A stretch of 38,528 nucleotides of DNA from positions 1-38,528 of the forward strand of contig RBNJ01000160.1 of the NCBI GenBank assembly GCA_003990765.1, given 5' to 3'. The translations under genes were made by a program, and so were the position numbers. Source of the DNA: Jimgerdemannia flammicorona. Lineage: Eukaryota. Within the stretch, counting starts at the first letter, position 1; every line of letters starts with the position of its first letter. Shown piece by piece: positions 24,985 to 37,520 of this stretch. The notes under the pieces are model-generated. The model did no database searches. It was given only the letters and a program-made list of their open reading frames with translations, and was not told where the DNA came from.

Positions 24985-25518
24985 CGAAAGTGTCTGGGGG
25001 ACATGAAATTAAAATGGCATTCGGGCGTTTTTCCTATGTAGAAGAGCGGTGAGACAGCAACGATGAAAAGTACGATGACGTCATCGAATCCCCACGAATC
25101 CGAAGTCTCTGAGAATGAGATTTTCCTTAGCTCGGTATATTTTGAAGAAACATGGTGAATTCTAGCGAAGCGGGATGTAATGATTTGGCGAATTTGTTTA
25201 TGGATTCCCTCGGTCGATTCGCTATTTAGATTTTGTCATATACTATTCTTGTTTTCTTTTCTATCCTCCTTTCCATCTACCTCACATACATTACCTTACA
25301 ACCCTCCTTCCCTACTCTGCTTCTACCTTCCTCCTTTAATATATGATGTAAGATATACAATTGACATAACAATAGTGATAAACTTTCTTTAGTTCAGATG
25401 TGAATAGTATTACTTTATTGGGGTGAATAATCTCTGAATAAGACAGCCAAATACTAGTCATATTATTTAGAATATATATTAATTTATAAAGAGCTATATA
25501 AATCTTATTAAACTATAT

Positions 25519-26971
25519 CCTGCAGGAGAGGTGGTGCAGTATCTGGGCATCTTCCTCTCAGTATATGGATCTGTCCTCCCACAGGTATGGTGGGAGAGGA
25601 GGGTGGCTATCTGAAGAGAGGCTCTTAGAAGTTGGGGAGGTTGCCACATCTCGCTAGCAGGCCAGGTATCAATTCTGAATGTCTACTGGTTCTCTAAGCT
25701 ATAGTATATTACTTATCACTTAGACTTCTCAGCTTGGGTGATGAAGAGGCTAATGAAGATAGCTAGGGCTTAGATTTGGGCTGGAAGGTAGTCTTAGATC
25801 AGTTGGGATACCCTATTATTGCCAGTGGTGAGAGGAGGGCTAGGACTGGTGGATCTTCCTAAGAGGCTCCACAGCCTGAGAGCTTGGTGGCTGAAGCAGA
25901 CTGCTGAACTACAGAGAGTGAGATGGATGCTACTGATGCAGAAGGTGTGGGAGATAAGGTTCTCTCCAAGAGGGTCCTTGGGAGACTTGCTATCATTGGT
26001 GGGTCTGGGTGGGAGCCATTGGTTAAGATATAAAGGCTTCTGATAGGGGATAGTAGATGGAGCTCACCATATTGGTTTACACTGACATAGTAATGAAGGG
26101 GAGATACTGTAGAGTTCAGAGATATGGAGATGGAACAGACTGCTATTAGGGGGTGCTCTACTGATTGAGTTTAACATTAGTGATGGAGTGGAGTATCAGA
26201 GGGGATTGGGTCAGAATACATATCTGGCCTGATAGTTGGCAAGTAGTGAGGATTAGTGAGGAGTGGGACTGGGCAGGAGTCTGGTCATGGAGTGCTGAGA
26301 TGAGGAGGTGGCTTTCTCCCAAGTTCTGAGTAGTATGGTGGAGGATTCTTCAGAGAAATGTCATATTGAATTTCCATGCTGGGTATCTAGTAGATGGGAA
26401 AAGACTGGACTATGAGGAGTGTTATAATATTGGACAAATTGGAGGATTTGTACAGATACCAGAACATTGACTAGGAGAGTGTAAGGTTCTGAGAGACTTT
26501 TGGTTAGCAGTAGATAGATGGTTGGAGGTTAAGAGAAGATCAGATAGAGAGAGAGTTCAATGGGAAGATTTGAGAACTAGGTTGGTAGGAGGTGTGAGCA
26601 ATGACTGGCTCACTGTAGAGTGGGTTTTAGCTATATGGGTAAGGTTGGCTGGACATTGGCTCTTCATTTTTGAGAAGGGGCAACAGATGGATCTACAAGA
26701 AAAGTTATTAAGATGGGAGGGGTTGTTGGGAGATTTATTGACAGGGTGGTAGGTGGGTTGGGGTCTCTAGAGTGGGTACTATCACTATCTAGTAGAAGGA
26801 ATCTGTGAATAGAGTGGTAGATAGATTGCAATGGTTAATGACTTGGTGATCTTTAATTATGATACATAAGATGGAGAGAGGAGGGCCCTCTAGGGGAATC
26901 AGATAGAGGTGGGCTCAATATATTTATATCAGATAGATGGGTGTATTAATAAAGAATAGAGTCTAAGAGAC

Positions 26972-27037
<66 letters not shown>
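25519..27037 (+). mobile_element. 5'-truncated LINE (LINE-B), related to LINE-A, with an A63 tail
   Basis: Begins at GEVVQYLGI (end of RT) and follows LINE-A ORF2 to its end with many stops. AATAAA at ~26948, poly(A) 26975-27037. Possible TSD AAACTAT (25510-25516 / 27035-27041). Confidence 0.92.
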
Positions 27038-27039
<2 letters not shown>

Positions 27040-27236
27040 ATTTATATTTATAATAGGTTTTTTTTTAAGAGAAGCTTACTTATAGATAAGAATAACTTCT
27101 GCTACTATCAAATTATAATAAAACTATATACTAATATAATTAATATATTACAGATAATTAGAATTAACTATTAGCTCTAAGTTCTGAGTTTTTATGAGAA
27201 AGTACTAAGTTTCAATTATCTGTTGTAGTGGTGTAG

Positions 27237-27490
27237 TCTAAGTATTACTTTTGAGATCTTGTTCTGAAAAAATATACTGTGCTTGTCTCCTAAGTTATGT
27301 AATTAGGCTTAGAAGTATTAACAAGATAGATCTGAGAGTTCTGTAATAAGAATACTACTTTATTCTTATATTTAGAGAAAGTAGAGCTGAGATTATATAT
27401 AATATACTTAGTATAGAGAGTATTTATACAGATTCAAATTATAATTAAATATAGTATATTGAGTATATCTATATATTATAGTATATCTGA
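27237..27490. repeat. Degenerate repeat arm, inverted relative to 34365-34612
   Basis: taataagaatactactttattcttatattta (~27344-27374) is the reverse complement of ~34477-34507. Similarity extends ~250 bp. Confidence 0.75.
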
Positions 27491-28359
27491 CTTAATAGAG
27501 GTAAATTACAAGATTGGAGATTAGTGTAGTTTGGCTTAAGCCCTCAGTTACTTTGTCAAAAAGCAATAAAATGTTTTAAGATTTCTGATATTCTTGATGT
27601 TTAGTAGTATAATAGTTAAAGCTAGATATCTGCAAGTAATTCTGGCAATTTCCTTATTGGGATAGATTCTTGGGTTTGAGTGGTGATTTGCATATAGTGT
27701 AAGTAGTTTCCTTATATGATTTCTGTATAATGATCTCTCATATAGTATGATGATCTCTATATAGTATGGTAATCTCCAAAAGTGTGTAATTTCTGATATG
27801 ATGATCTTGGCAGTATTTCATATTTAGCAGAGAACTCAATTTGGTAAATAACTCAGATAACTCAAAAATGACAAATGATGCAGATTCTTTCTGAATCAAT
27901 AAGCAAGAAGACAACTCTGAATATATCTACCTATAAGGAAAAATTGAAAGAAATTCTATTGAAGTCCTCATTAACAGTAAAGCAAGTAAGCATTATTTTG
28001 ATAAGACTACTGATAAGTTTAGACTCAAGATATAAAAAAACTCAGAAGAAAACATTACTATATTTAACTTAGAAACTTTTAAAAATCTATAAGAATGTAC
28101 TCCTTTATCTAGAAGACTATACTACAAAGTAGATCTTCTATATTGTATATCTTTTAGAATATAATCTCATCTTTGAAAAATTCTGACTCATTTAAGAAAG
28201 TTCATATATTTACTAGTAAACCAATATAATCTTCCTAGAACATATTAAGTTATAGTCAGAATAGATCAAGAAGAAAGTAAAACCCAATATAACATCTCTT
28301 TCAGATATATTTTATATTATATAAATATATATCAATATATTTTACATAGTTTTTTAATA

Positions 28360-31300
28360 AAAGAGAAGATTGGAAGAGTGAGCTTTATGGACAAAGTCAA
28401 GGCTGGAGACCAGTCAGCAGGTCTGGATGAATAACTGTAGAGGGGAAGAAGATATGGGCTATAGGTCCTGGGGGGGTGGCTCTGGGCAGTAGTAGTAGTA
28501 GGGCTGAGAGAGTAGTGGCTAGAGAAGAGAGAAGAACTGCTGATGAGAAGATGACTATTAATCTGATAAAAATTCAAATATGATAGCTGATGGCAGTAGA
28601 GAGGCATGAGGTCCAGAGACTTAGCAGATAGTATAATAGACCTGGTAGTAACACTATTACTCAAGAAATCAGTATCTGAATTTATAGTCACTTTGTACTT
28701 CCAAGGCTTAAAAGTTTCTAAAGTGACTGGAGGAGGTCAAGGTAGACTTTGAGGAGGAGGATTTGATGCTGAGAGTACTATAGAAAGGAGTAGTAGTCAG
28801 GGGTATAGTAATCTCTATAGTGAGATACTTATATTGGGACCCCCAAATAGTTTAGCTAGTGATAGCTAATATATCTATAGTGAAGAAGAAGGAGACCAGG
28901 AGGTTGATTTTCAATACTGTCAAGGAGTATGGGGATATTGTAGATATTCTAAAAGGGTATATATAGAGTTTAGGACAGAGGATGTGGATATTAGGCTAAG
29001 GCTGATGGAAAAGGAAAATATAAAGTAGGAGAGAGATTGGTCAGTAGTACTGAAGTAAGAGCTAGTGAAGTACAAGGTTTCAAGGGTAAAGAAAATGCTG
29101 GAGGAGGAGGAGGATTTTCTGGAGACATTGAAAGATCTAACAGAAGTAATAGAGAGAAGACAGTGAGTATAAAAGGAGTTTGAGACTAGGATAGTGATAG
29201 AGATTATTAATAGTAAGAGGGTATATCAAGATCAAACTCCTTGAGAGAGAGCTTAAAGAAGGTAGCAGTAGAGGAATTTATTGGTAGGTTTGGAAGAGGA
29301 GTTAAAGGAGGTAGATATCACTAAGGAAGTTGGTTCAAGGGCCAGTGCCTGGATAGGAGAGAAGATGATGACTCAAGTAGAGGTCCTGGAGAAGGGTATA
29401 GTTTAAGAGTAGAATATAGTAGCTAAAGATAAGGTGATGACAGAAGGGGCTCAAGTTTGATATGGAGCTCCAACAGTAGGGGGGGGGGGAATGATAAGCT
29501 GTAGGATATACTAGAGGAGGACTGGGATAAGTTGGTAAGAATGAATACTGATGGAGGTCAGAGAGTGGCTCTGAGAGTGGGGAAGATAATTGGAGATAAG
29601 AAATAATTATAGAAGGCACTAATGAATATTGCAGCTGATGAGTTGGGAGAGGTTGATTTTTGTATTGTTAGTGAGATATACTGGAGTACTGTCTTATGAG
29701 GTGAGAATATAGTGTGAAAGCTTCAGAATAAGTTAATAGTAACTCTTTTGAAGACAGATAAGTACAAGATTGATGAGAATAGAGAAACAGTACTGAAAAT
29801 TATAAATGAGTATATAGCTTACCTATAGGGCCTAAGGAGGGAGTTAGCAAAATGGCAAATAGTATATGAGAAATACAGGTCTTTCATAGAGATACAGGAT
29901 AGAGAGAACTATCTAGAGATATTGATAGCTCTGGATGCTCAGTAGAGAGAGATAGATGAGCTTAAGACTGAGAGGAACTTGGATGTAACTAGTAATATAG
30001 TAAGTATGGAATTGTAGAATAAGAGGATCTTCTATATATATTATTCAATATGAATAATATAACTAGAATCTTCTCTTTAAATGTTAATAAGTTATAGAGG
30101 GCAGTGAGATAGCAGGACATTTCTCTTAATTGAAGGGGCTAGATACTGATCTGTTTTTGCTTCAGAATATAGGATATTATGAGGACTTAGATATACAGGA
30201 CTGGATGAGAGAATAGAGGAGGAGTAGTAGTATAGAAGGGCAGAGTGGACATTATAATTAAAAGAGAAAAAGGGGACATTGGGGATATTAGACATTGGGA
30301 GAGCAGAGTAGTGTAGGGAACATTGAAGAAAGTAGGTTAGGGCCTGATAGTAGTCAGGTCCTGCTATGGTCCAGTGGAAAGAGCAGCTCAATTAGAGTAG
30401 ATATGTAGATTTCAGAACTCAGGCAGACTGGTGGAGACAGGGATTAATTATCTGGGTGGGGACTTCAATATAGTTTATAATGACAAACTGGACAGGACTA
30501 ATGATGGGAGGAGATTGGCTGAGAGAAGTATGGGAATAGAGAGTTGATAGGAGATTAAAAGACTTATATAGCTCTCTAGTGGATACTAACTGACAGGAGT
30601 AGAAAGATTACCAGATTTATACTCACTGAGTAGATGGGCTTAGCTCTCAGATTGACTGGATTCTGACTGCTGAGTGCTGAGGGGGTAATATCTGGAGATA
30701 CTAGAGACTGTTTGATATCTATAATCTAATCATTAAGGCCTCCTGAGGCATGGAAGGTTTGGAGAGAGGAGGGAGAGATCTGGATATTTATCTGAATACT
30801 TTCTTATTAGATGAACCCTCTCTGTAGGATATCTGGGTAGTGGATATTAGATCTAGAGTTCTTAGTTAGTATGTGGCAGGCCTTACTATTGGAGATCAGT
30901 AATATCAGCTAAAGTCTATACTCAACTTTTCTAGGAAAAGGCAGAGAGAGTATAGAGTACTCAAAGATAGTACTATATATGGTAGATCTTATGCTAATTG
31001 AAAGAGTTGTTGTCAGAGTAAACTGGACTGCTGGAGGATAAGAAGATAGTAGATTAGAGAGTTTAGCATATCAGGCTAGAGGTGGAGTTTGCTATAGAGA
31101 GAGAAAGATATATAAGTAAAGAGTATAGTGGTCAGGCTATAGTAGTAAGGGCTGGAGGAGAAGAGATGGCCTACAAAGTTTTTGTCAAGGCTTCTTCAGG
31201 TGAGGAGAGTGTGACAGAAGTAGGATAGAGTATTGAATGAGTTAGAAGAACTGATGATGGAGACTCAGAATATCTTGAATCAATTGAGTAAGTGCTGGGG

Positions 31301-33785
31301 ACAATTATAGAGTAAGAAGGAGAGTAGAGAGGATATATAGGCCATTGAGCAGCATCTTGAAAACTAGTATTCAGATCTGGCTGAGAGTCTGGGGGAGCTT
31401 GGGATACTGGTTCAAGAGGAGGAGATTTTTCAGATTTTGGCTATAATGAGTCTCAGGACAGCCTCTAGAGAAGATGGTCTGCTCTGGGATTTCTCAAAGT
31501 AAATGGTAAGTATTGAAGTAATATTACAGATGTGTGATAAAGTTATGGGCTCTAAAGTATGAATTGGGGGACAGTATCTGGGACTTATAACTTTATGGTA
31601 TAAGAATAAAGAAATAAGAGAGAAGTGAAAGAACTGGAGGCTGATCATACTTCTGAATATAGATCATAAGCTAGTTATGAAGATTTTAGTGACCAAGTTA
31701 CAGAGAGTAGCTCAGTGAGTACTAAAAGAGAAATAAGGGACTTTGTTGATGGTCACTTAATCTGAGATGAGACAGTATAGATCTATGGTATCATTGAGAG
31801 AGTGAGAGCTGCTGAGATAGATAGTCACCTAGTATTTCTGAACCAGGAGAAGACATATGATAGAGTTTGATATGTGTGACTAGACAGAGTACTAAAGTAT
31901 ATTGGGGTCTTTCTAGACTTTTAGTAGTCTTTGATCAGTTTATTGGAGGAGAGTCAAGTAGCTATCCTAGTTAATAGATACAGGAGAGTTTCATTCTCTC
32001 TGAGTAGAGGAGTATCACAGGGTAATCCACTATTACCCATTCTCTATACTCTCTCCTTAGAGTCTTTATTAGATAGAATTTGGCATAAGGTGGAGAGGTT
32101 GGACATTTTTGAAGTAAATTAGAAGGTAGGAGCCTTTGTAGATAATATAATAGTCAGACTGGGCTCTATGAGAGATGTGGTGAAATTAAAGAGAACAGTA
32201 GAATAGTATGAAAAGTGCTTGGAGACTAAGCTCAACTGGTATAAATATAAGACTCTGGTACTAAGAGGAGAAATAGTAGGAGGAGATTGATAGAAATAAT
32301 TATTCTGGTGAGAGAGGCAGTTTGCTATCTGGGAATCTATTTCTCAGTATATAGCTCTCTGCTACTCTGGGTATAGTGGAAGCAGTAGCTAGCAGAGTGG
32401 GGAAATATACTCCTGAGCTAGAGTGATCAGTATATATATCTCTCTGACAGAGAGAGTGATAGTATTAAATATATATTGATTACTTAAGCCATAGTATTTG
32501 AGATATTATTTGAACTTTTCAATATAGATGGTGAAGAGACTTTTGAAGATAGTTAGGACTTAGATTTGAATTGGATATTATAGTCAGATTGGATAGAAGA
32601 TATTGATACTGTTAGTGGATCAGGAAGACCTTGGTCTTATGGACTTTACTGAGTACTTACACTACTTAAGAATATAGTAGATGAAGTATACTAGTGAGCT
32701 GAGAGGATGTGAATAGGTTTCTCTTATATAAAGAGTGTGTGAGATATAGTTCTCTCCCAGAGGAGCATTAGATGACTTGCTCTCTCTAGTAACACTCAAG
32801 AAGAGCTATAGAATTAGTGCTCCCAATGAATCGAATCGAATCGAATTTGGCCCAAACTCGATTCAATTCAATCAAATCAAGGGTCCAATTTGATTTGATT
32901 TGAATCAAATCAAAGGTCTAATTTGATTCAAAGTTTGATTCAAACCTTAATTTTCAAAATGTAATAACTCGACGAAAACTCATCCAAATTTAACATATTT
33001 TAGCTTGTTAGATTCACCATATTAATGTGATTCTAACAAGCTAAAGTACGTTAGATTTGGATGAGTTTACGCTGAGTTATTGCATTTTGAAAATTAGAGT
33101 TCAAATTAGACCCTCAAATTCAATTCAACTTTTGATTTGATTTGAATTGATTTGAATTGAAAAATCCCCAATTCGATTTGACTCATTTAACCCTCAATTC
33201 GATTCGATTTGAATTGATTCGACTTGTTTGGGAGTACTATATAGGATATATTATAAGGGCTTCTGATAGAGAGTAATTGATAGAGCTCATTGTATTGATA
33301 TCTGCTGACAAAGTAATAAGAGTGAGAAGAAATAGAGACTCTAGATATAGAGATGAGACTATCTACTATTCAGGGATACTTCAGTAGATAACTTCAGTCT
33401 TGAGAATAGTATAGAGTATCTTTGAGAATATGAGAGAGATTTATGGCTAGAGGCTTGATAGGTGGTGGGAATTAGTAAAGAGTAAAACTGGGCTAGTATC
33501 TAGTTATAGAGTAAGATAGTAGTATAGTGGCTTCTGCCTAAGTTCTGGGTGGTATAGTGGAGGCTTCTATAATATGTAGAATATAATATTAAACTTTCAG
33601 TCAGGATATCTGGTGGAAGAAGGTGCCTTTAATTATAAAAAGTGCTATAATATTAGACAGAAGAGTGGGGTGATACAGATCTCAGAATATTAGCTAGAGA
33701 AGTATGAGATCTTAGCAGGCTTCTGAGAGGTGATCAAAGGCCAGCTGAGAGTACAACAGCCTGTAAGAGAGATAGAGGGGCAATG
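28360..33785 (+). mobile_element. Strongly degenerate LINE (LINE-C; ORF1 ~28370-30017, ORF2 from 30050), 3'-truncated and interrupted by a MITE
   Basis: ORF2 start MNNITRIFSLNVN at 30050. Relics of GGDFN (~30456), FLNQEKTYDRV (~31834), GVSQGNPLLPILY (~32010), AFVDN (~32132) and YLGI (~32326). No poly(A) tail. Confidence 0.88.
32815..33239. mobile_element. 425-bp non-autonomous hAT-type fold-back MITE
   Basis: TIRs TAGTGCTCCCAA... / ...TTGGGAGTACTA. 8-bp TSD tatagaat (32807-32814) / tataggat (33240-33247). (GAATC/GATTC)n subterminal repeats. Removing the element restores the LINE ORF2 peptide ...KKSYRIYYKGF. Confidence 0.9.
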
Positions 33786-34611
33786 GGCTAAGATACTAAG
33801 AACAAACCAAAAACAAGATCACTGTCACTATTTTTATAGCTATCAAATACCAATGGGATTCTATCAAACTACTCTCTGTCAATATATAAATCTCTAGAGA
33901 CTCAGACCAAAATGAAGCCCAATAATATTTTAGAAGAATCTAATATTTCTAGGCCCTTTGCTACTAATAAGAATTAAAAGAGTACTATGAGATTGGATAT
34001 CTTATCTATTAATAAGCTACTTTCAGTAGTACTAAATAATAAGCCTATCTTTTTATTGTACATATATTATTATTAAAAGATTTTATGTCCTTTTCTATAT
34101 CTGACTCTAAGTACTCAACTATATATCTCTATAGAGTATTCTTTGAGAATATTGTCAATTTGAGTAATGAACAATAGAGCAATATTGTTTTTTAAGTAGT
34201 TTAGTACTGAATTCAATTAGTAAGTTCAGATAAAGAAGAGAAGAATATAATAAATCATTACATATCTATAAGCTACTGAAAATTCCAATGAAATTTCTGA
34301 TAAAAATTTCTATAGAATTTCTTATAGAATTTCCAACTAATTATCATAGATATCAAATATCTAAATATAGTATAACTATATATATATATATCCAGTATAC
34401 TATATTTAGTCATAGTTTTGAATTTACATAAATATCCTCTATATTGAGTATAGTATAACCTCAGTTCTGCTTTTCTTAAATATAAGAATAAAGTAGTATT
34501 CTTATTATAGAACCCTTAGATCTGACTTATTAATAATTCTAAATCTGATCAACTTGGGATACAAATATAGTACTTTCACTAGTATAAGAACCTGAAAGTA
34601 ATACTTGGACT

Positions 34612-34702
34612 TAGTGCTTCCAACAAATTGAATCAAAGGTTCAATTCAATTTAAAGTCTAATTTGAACTCTATTTTTCAAAATATAATAATTTGATAAAT
34701 AT
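34612..34702. mobile_element. Left end of a second copy of the same MITE family, cut by the LTR retrotransposon
   Basis: tagtgcttccaacaaattgaatcaaagg...ttttcaaaatataataa matches the MITE TIR and its internal segment (~32905-32970). Confidence 0.7.
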
Positions 34703-36196
34703 TGTAACGGTGACCCCAGAATGATGACATCAGCACAGGAGACAGCCTTTCTTTACAAGCCACCAGATCAGAGTATAAGAAGATCATACGGCATGTGAGA
34801 TGAGCAATGATGACCAACTGTGAGTCATTGTGACCACAGCACAAGCATCCTGAAAAATATAAAAGAAGGATCAAGGAACTGCAGTAGCAGCAACCAATAA
34901 GAACCCCAATCCCAAAATAGCTCAAAGACTTACCACAAACAAAATGCCTGCTGCCTGCCAAACCTCAAGGTCAAGGAATCATCAAGGTATCTTGGTCGAG
35001 GAAAGGATGTTTCAAGACATCAGAAGAGCCATGAGGACCCACTCAAGAAGGACTCCTAGCATCAACCTGGGTACTGCAGACTCTTATCACTTTATCCTCT
35101 ATCGCTGTGAAATGGAAACAAGGATCACCATCGCCACCGAATGCCTCCAAATGTAGCAGGAGTACGAAATAGGAAACTTCCTCTGCCGGGAGTTCCCACA
35201 GGCCAGCCCTCAAGAGCTACAAGATGCCACCCCCATAGATCTACGTGAGGCAAGGACAGCAAAGAAGATCCATCAGATCTTCAGACATGCACCATGGTCG
35301 ATCCCCAACTTGGAGTATGTTAGAGTCTCAGACTTCAGAGACCTGTCATCCCGCCACATCAATGCACTAGAAGCCAGAGTGGCTACAGAAGCCTGGTCCA
35401 CTATCACCCTCAACAGCGAAGAAGTAGAAGACTTCTGGCACCCTATCCTTCAGGACAACCCAGACCAGTTCCTGCAAGGGTTGATCTCAGTATTCCAAGG
35501 CCCAAGCATCCAGGTCAGACCTCCCCAGGACCCCACATTTGTCTCTTACTTTGTGGAAGAGAACCTCATAGACTGGAGAGCTCCAGATCTTGTCCCCGAT
35601 TTCCCCACCGAACGTGGTGATGTCATCGGCGATGATGTCATCCCGTGCAACATACATGAAGTATGCGAAACGCACGACCTGCAGGAAGAGTTCGCGGATC
35701 TCATCTCCTTCAGTGATGATGATGATAATGATGATGAAGCTCCCATGATCCTTCTTTATTATACTGGATAATGCCAGCACCGGTATTCTCATGTAACACT
35801 GGATAATGCCAGCACCGGTATTCTGAGGTGATGCGAAATTGTTCCAGCACTGGTATTTTGATGTGGTACTAGATAATGCCAGCCTTGGAACTTAGTAGTT
35901 TTAGTTATTGGAATTTATATTTAGCTTTATATATTAGCAACCATTGAATTATATTTTGTATAAATACCCCTTTTATTTCCTCTGAAATAAAGTCAGTTCT
36001 ATCCGGTTCACTTACACACTTCCTTGCAAGCAATCTAAGAGATAACAAGACAGTTAAAGATAAGAAGTTTGAGGACTATAAGACCTTGGAAAGGCACTCC
36101 AATAAGAACTTGCTTATAACAACTTGAGTTAGTCTAAGAGATATACCTTGAAGAGAATCTGGCGTATTTGAAGGACTCAGCGACCACTATGTGACA
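34703..36196 (+). repeat. Putative 5' LTR (~1.49 kb)
   Basis: TG...CA termini with an imperfect inverted repeat (TGTAAC/GTGACA), a sharp compositional change at 34703, TATAAATA 35959-35966, AATAAA 35986-35991, ~35-bp tandem repeats 35763-35883 and a PBS 3 nt downstream. The second LTR is not visible. Confidence 0.7.
34944..35771 (+). pseudogene. ~275-codon ORF of unknown function inside the putative LTR, with one in-frame TAG at 35154
   Basis: ORF-track pieces 34944..35156 and 35310..35771 are in the same frame, and the sequence between them is open (QEYEIGNFLCREFPQASPQELQDATPIDLREARTAKKIHQIFRHAPWSIPNL). Confidence 0.65.
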
Positions 36197-36199
36197 ACT

Positions 36200-36217
36200 T
36201 GGTGCCCATTGGCTGGT
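36200..36217 (+). other. tRNA primer-binding site
   Basis: TGGTGCCCATTGGCTGGT starts 3 nt after the LTR-terminal CA. It is complementary to a tRNA ending ...AUGGGCACCA; the isoacceptor is not assigned. Confidence 0.7.
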
Positions 36218-36316
36218 GATTCAAGACGAATCCCTCACTTTCAAGCTGAAAAACGAATAACCCCCACAACAACTACCCTGACTTCAAGAGTCACCCCTGC
36301 AAGAATTCAAGACAAG

Positions 36317-37520
36317 ATGGAAATGTGTCCCCCTACATTCTATGGATATACTACTGAAGAGTCAATCCTGACCTTCATTGAAGACTTTGAACAATTTGCC
36401 GCCATACAAGCCCTTGGTGTGGATACTCAATTGGCCCTTCTACTAGTCAGCCTCAGAGGACCTGCCAGAGACAAGTTCAATGCAGCCACCATTGCTGATG
36501 CTGGTGCAGCCAAACTTGCCAACATGAAGGCCTTCCTCAGAACAACATATTATACTGAAGAGATCAAGCAAGCTCTCAAGGATCAACTCAATACTATCTG
36601 CCAGGGACTTAGTGAAGATCCCAACTCATTCTATACCCGAATCTGCCACCAGATTGTCTTGGCTGGCTATGATGACCGCCTCAAGGAACAAATAGCGGAT
36701 TCAACCTTCCTTAAAGGAGTTCACCCTGAAATTGCCCTAGCAATCCGGTCTACCCCAGCTGCACTGACCCTTGATCAGAAAGTGGTCTTTGCACAGAGAT
36801 ATTGGACTGCCAGACACCCTGCCGAACACTCAATGGAGAAAATAACTGGCATCAAGATGGAGCTAGTATCTTACCTACCACAGTTGTAAACAGACAACCA
36901 ACCCCATCTACCCCCAAGACAGCCAAAGCTGACCCAGTGGAAGAACTTGCCAAGCAGTTCGCTGAGATGACTGCACATCTTGGTGATGTTGTTAGAGAAG
37001 TCCGAAGTGCCAACCAAGCAATGCTAGCAGAACCAGAGAACAAACTAATGCAGTAGTCATCGAGGAGATCAGTGACACTGATGATGAAGAATACTACGAG
37101 GAGCTTGAATTCTACCCTGCTACTGAAGGTACCAGAACCCGGTCCAAGCCCTATGACAAGAAGAGCAACAGTAAGCCAGTTGGAAGACCAAAGAAGACTC
37201 CAGCTGTCACTATTCAAAGCAAGACCCAACACGAGGAGATTGATCAAGATATGGAGTTGGATGAAGCCGCCTGCCAAATTATCGAAGGCACTACTCCAGT
37301 CTCAGGAGAAAGCGAGAGCAAGAAGGAACAGAAGCTGTGCAAGACCAAGATCCACCAGTATGACATCTACAAGGACCTCAAGGAACAGAAGGTCAATGCC
37401 ACTTTTGGGCAGCTAGCTGAAGTCTCTGCCTTCAGACAGCAGTTGAGAGTAGGACTTGCAACCACTGTCAAGAATCAAGAGTACAAGATTGTAGAAGCTC
37501 AAATGCACAAAAAGAATCTG
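36317..37520 (+). pseudogene. Gag-like region, frameshifted
   Basis: Capsid-like PPTFYG...TFIEDFE...SLRGPA...QGLSEDPNSFYTRI...FLKGV. Continues through -1 frame changes near 36870 and 37010 into YDIYKDL...NATFGQL, a motif typical of the pre-protease region. Confidence 0.75.

Noticed and set aside
27875..28072. 65-aa ORF in AT-rich DNA
   Set aside because: It lies in hypermutated repeat sequence and has no identifiable motif; it may be a relic but cannot be assigned.
35763..35883. CRISPR-like repeat array (also considered at 15598-15688 and ~12405-12437)
   Set aside because: The units are tandem with no unique spacers of regular length, there are no cas genes and the context is eukaryotic.
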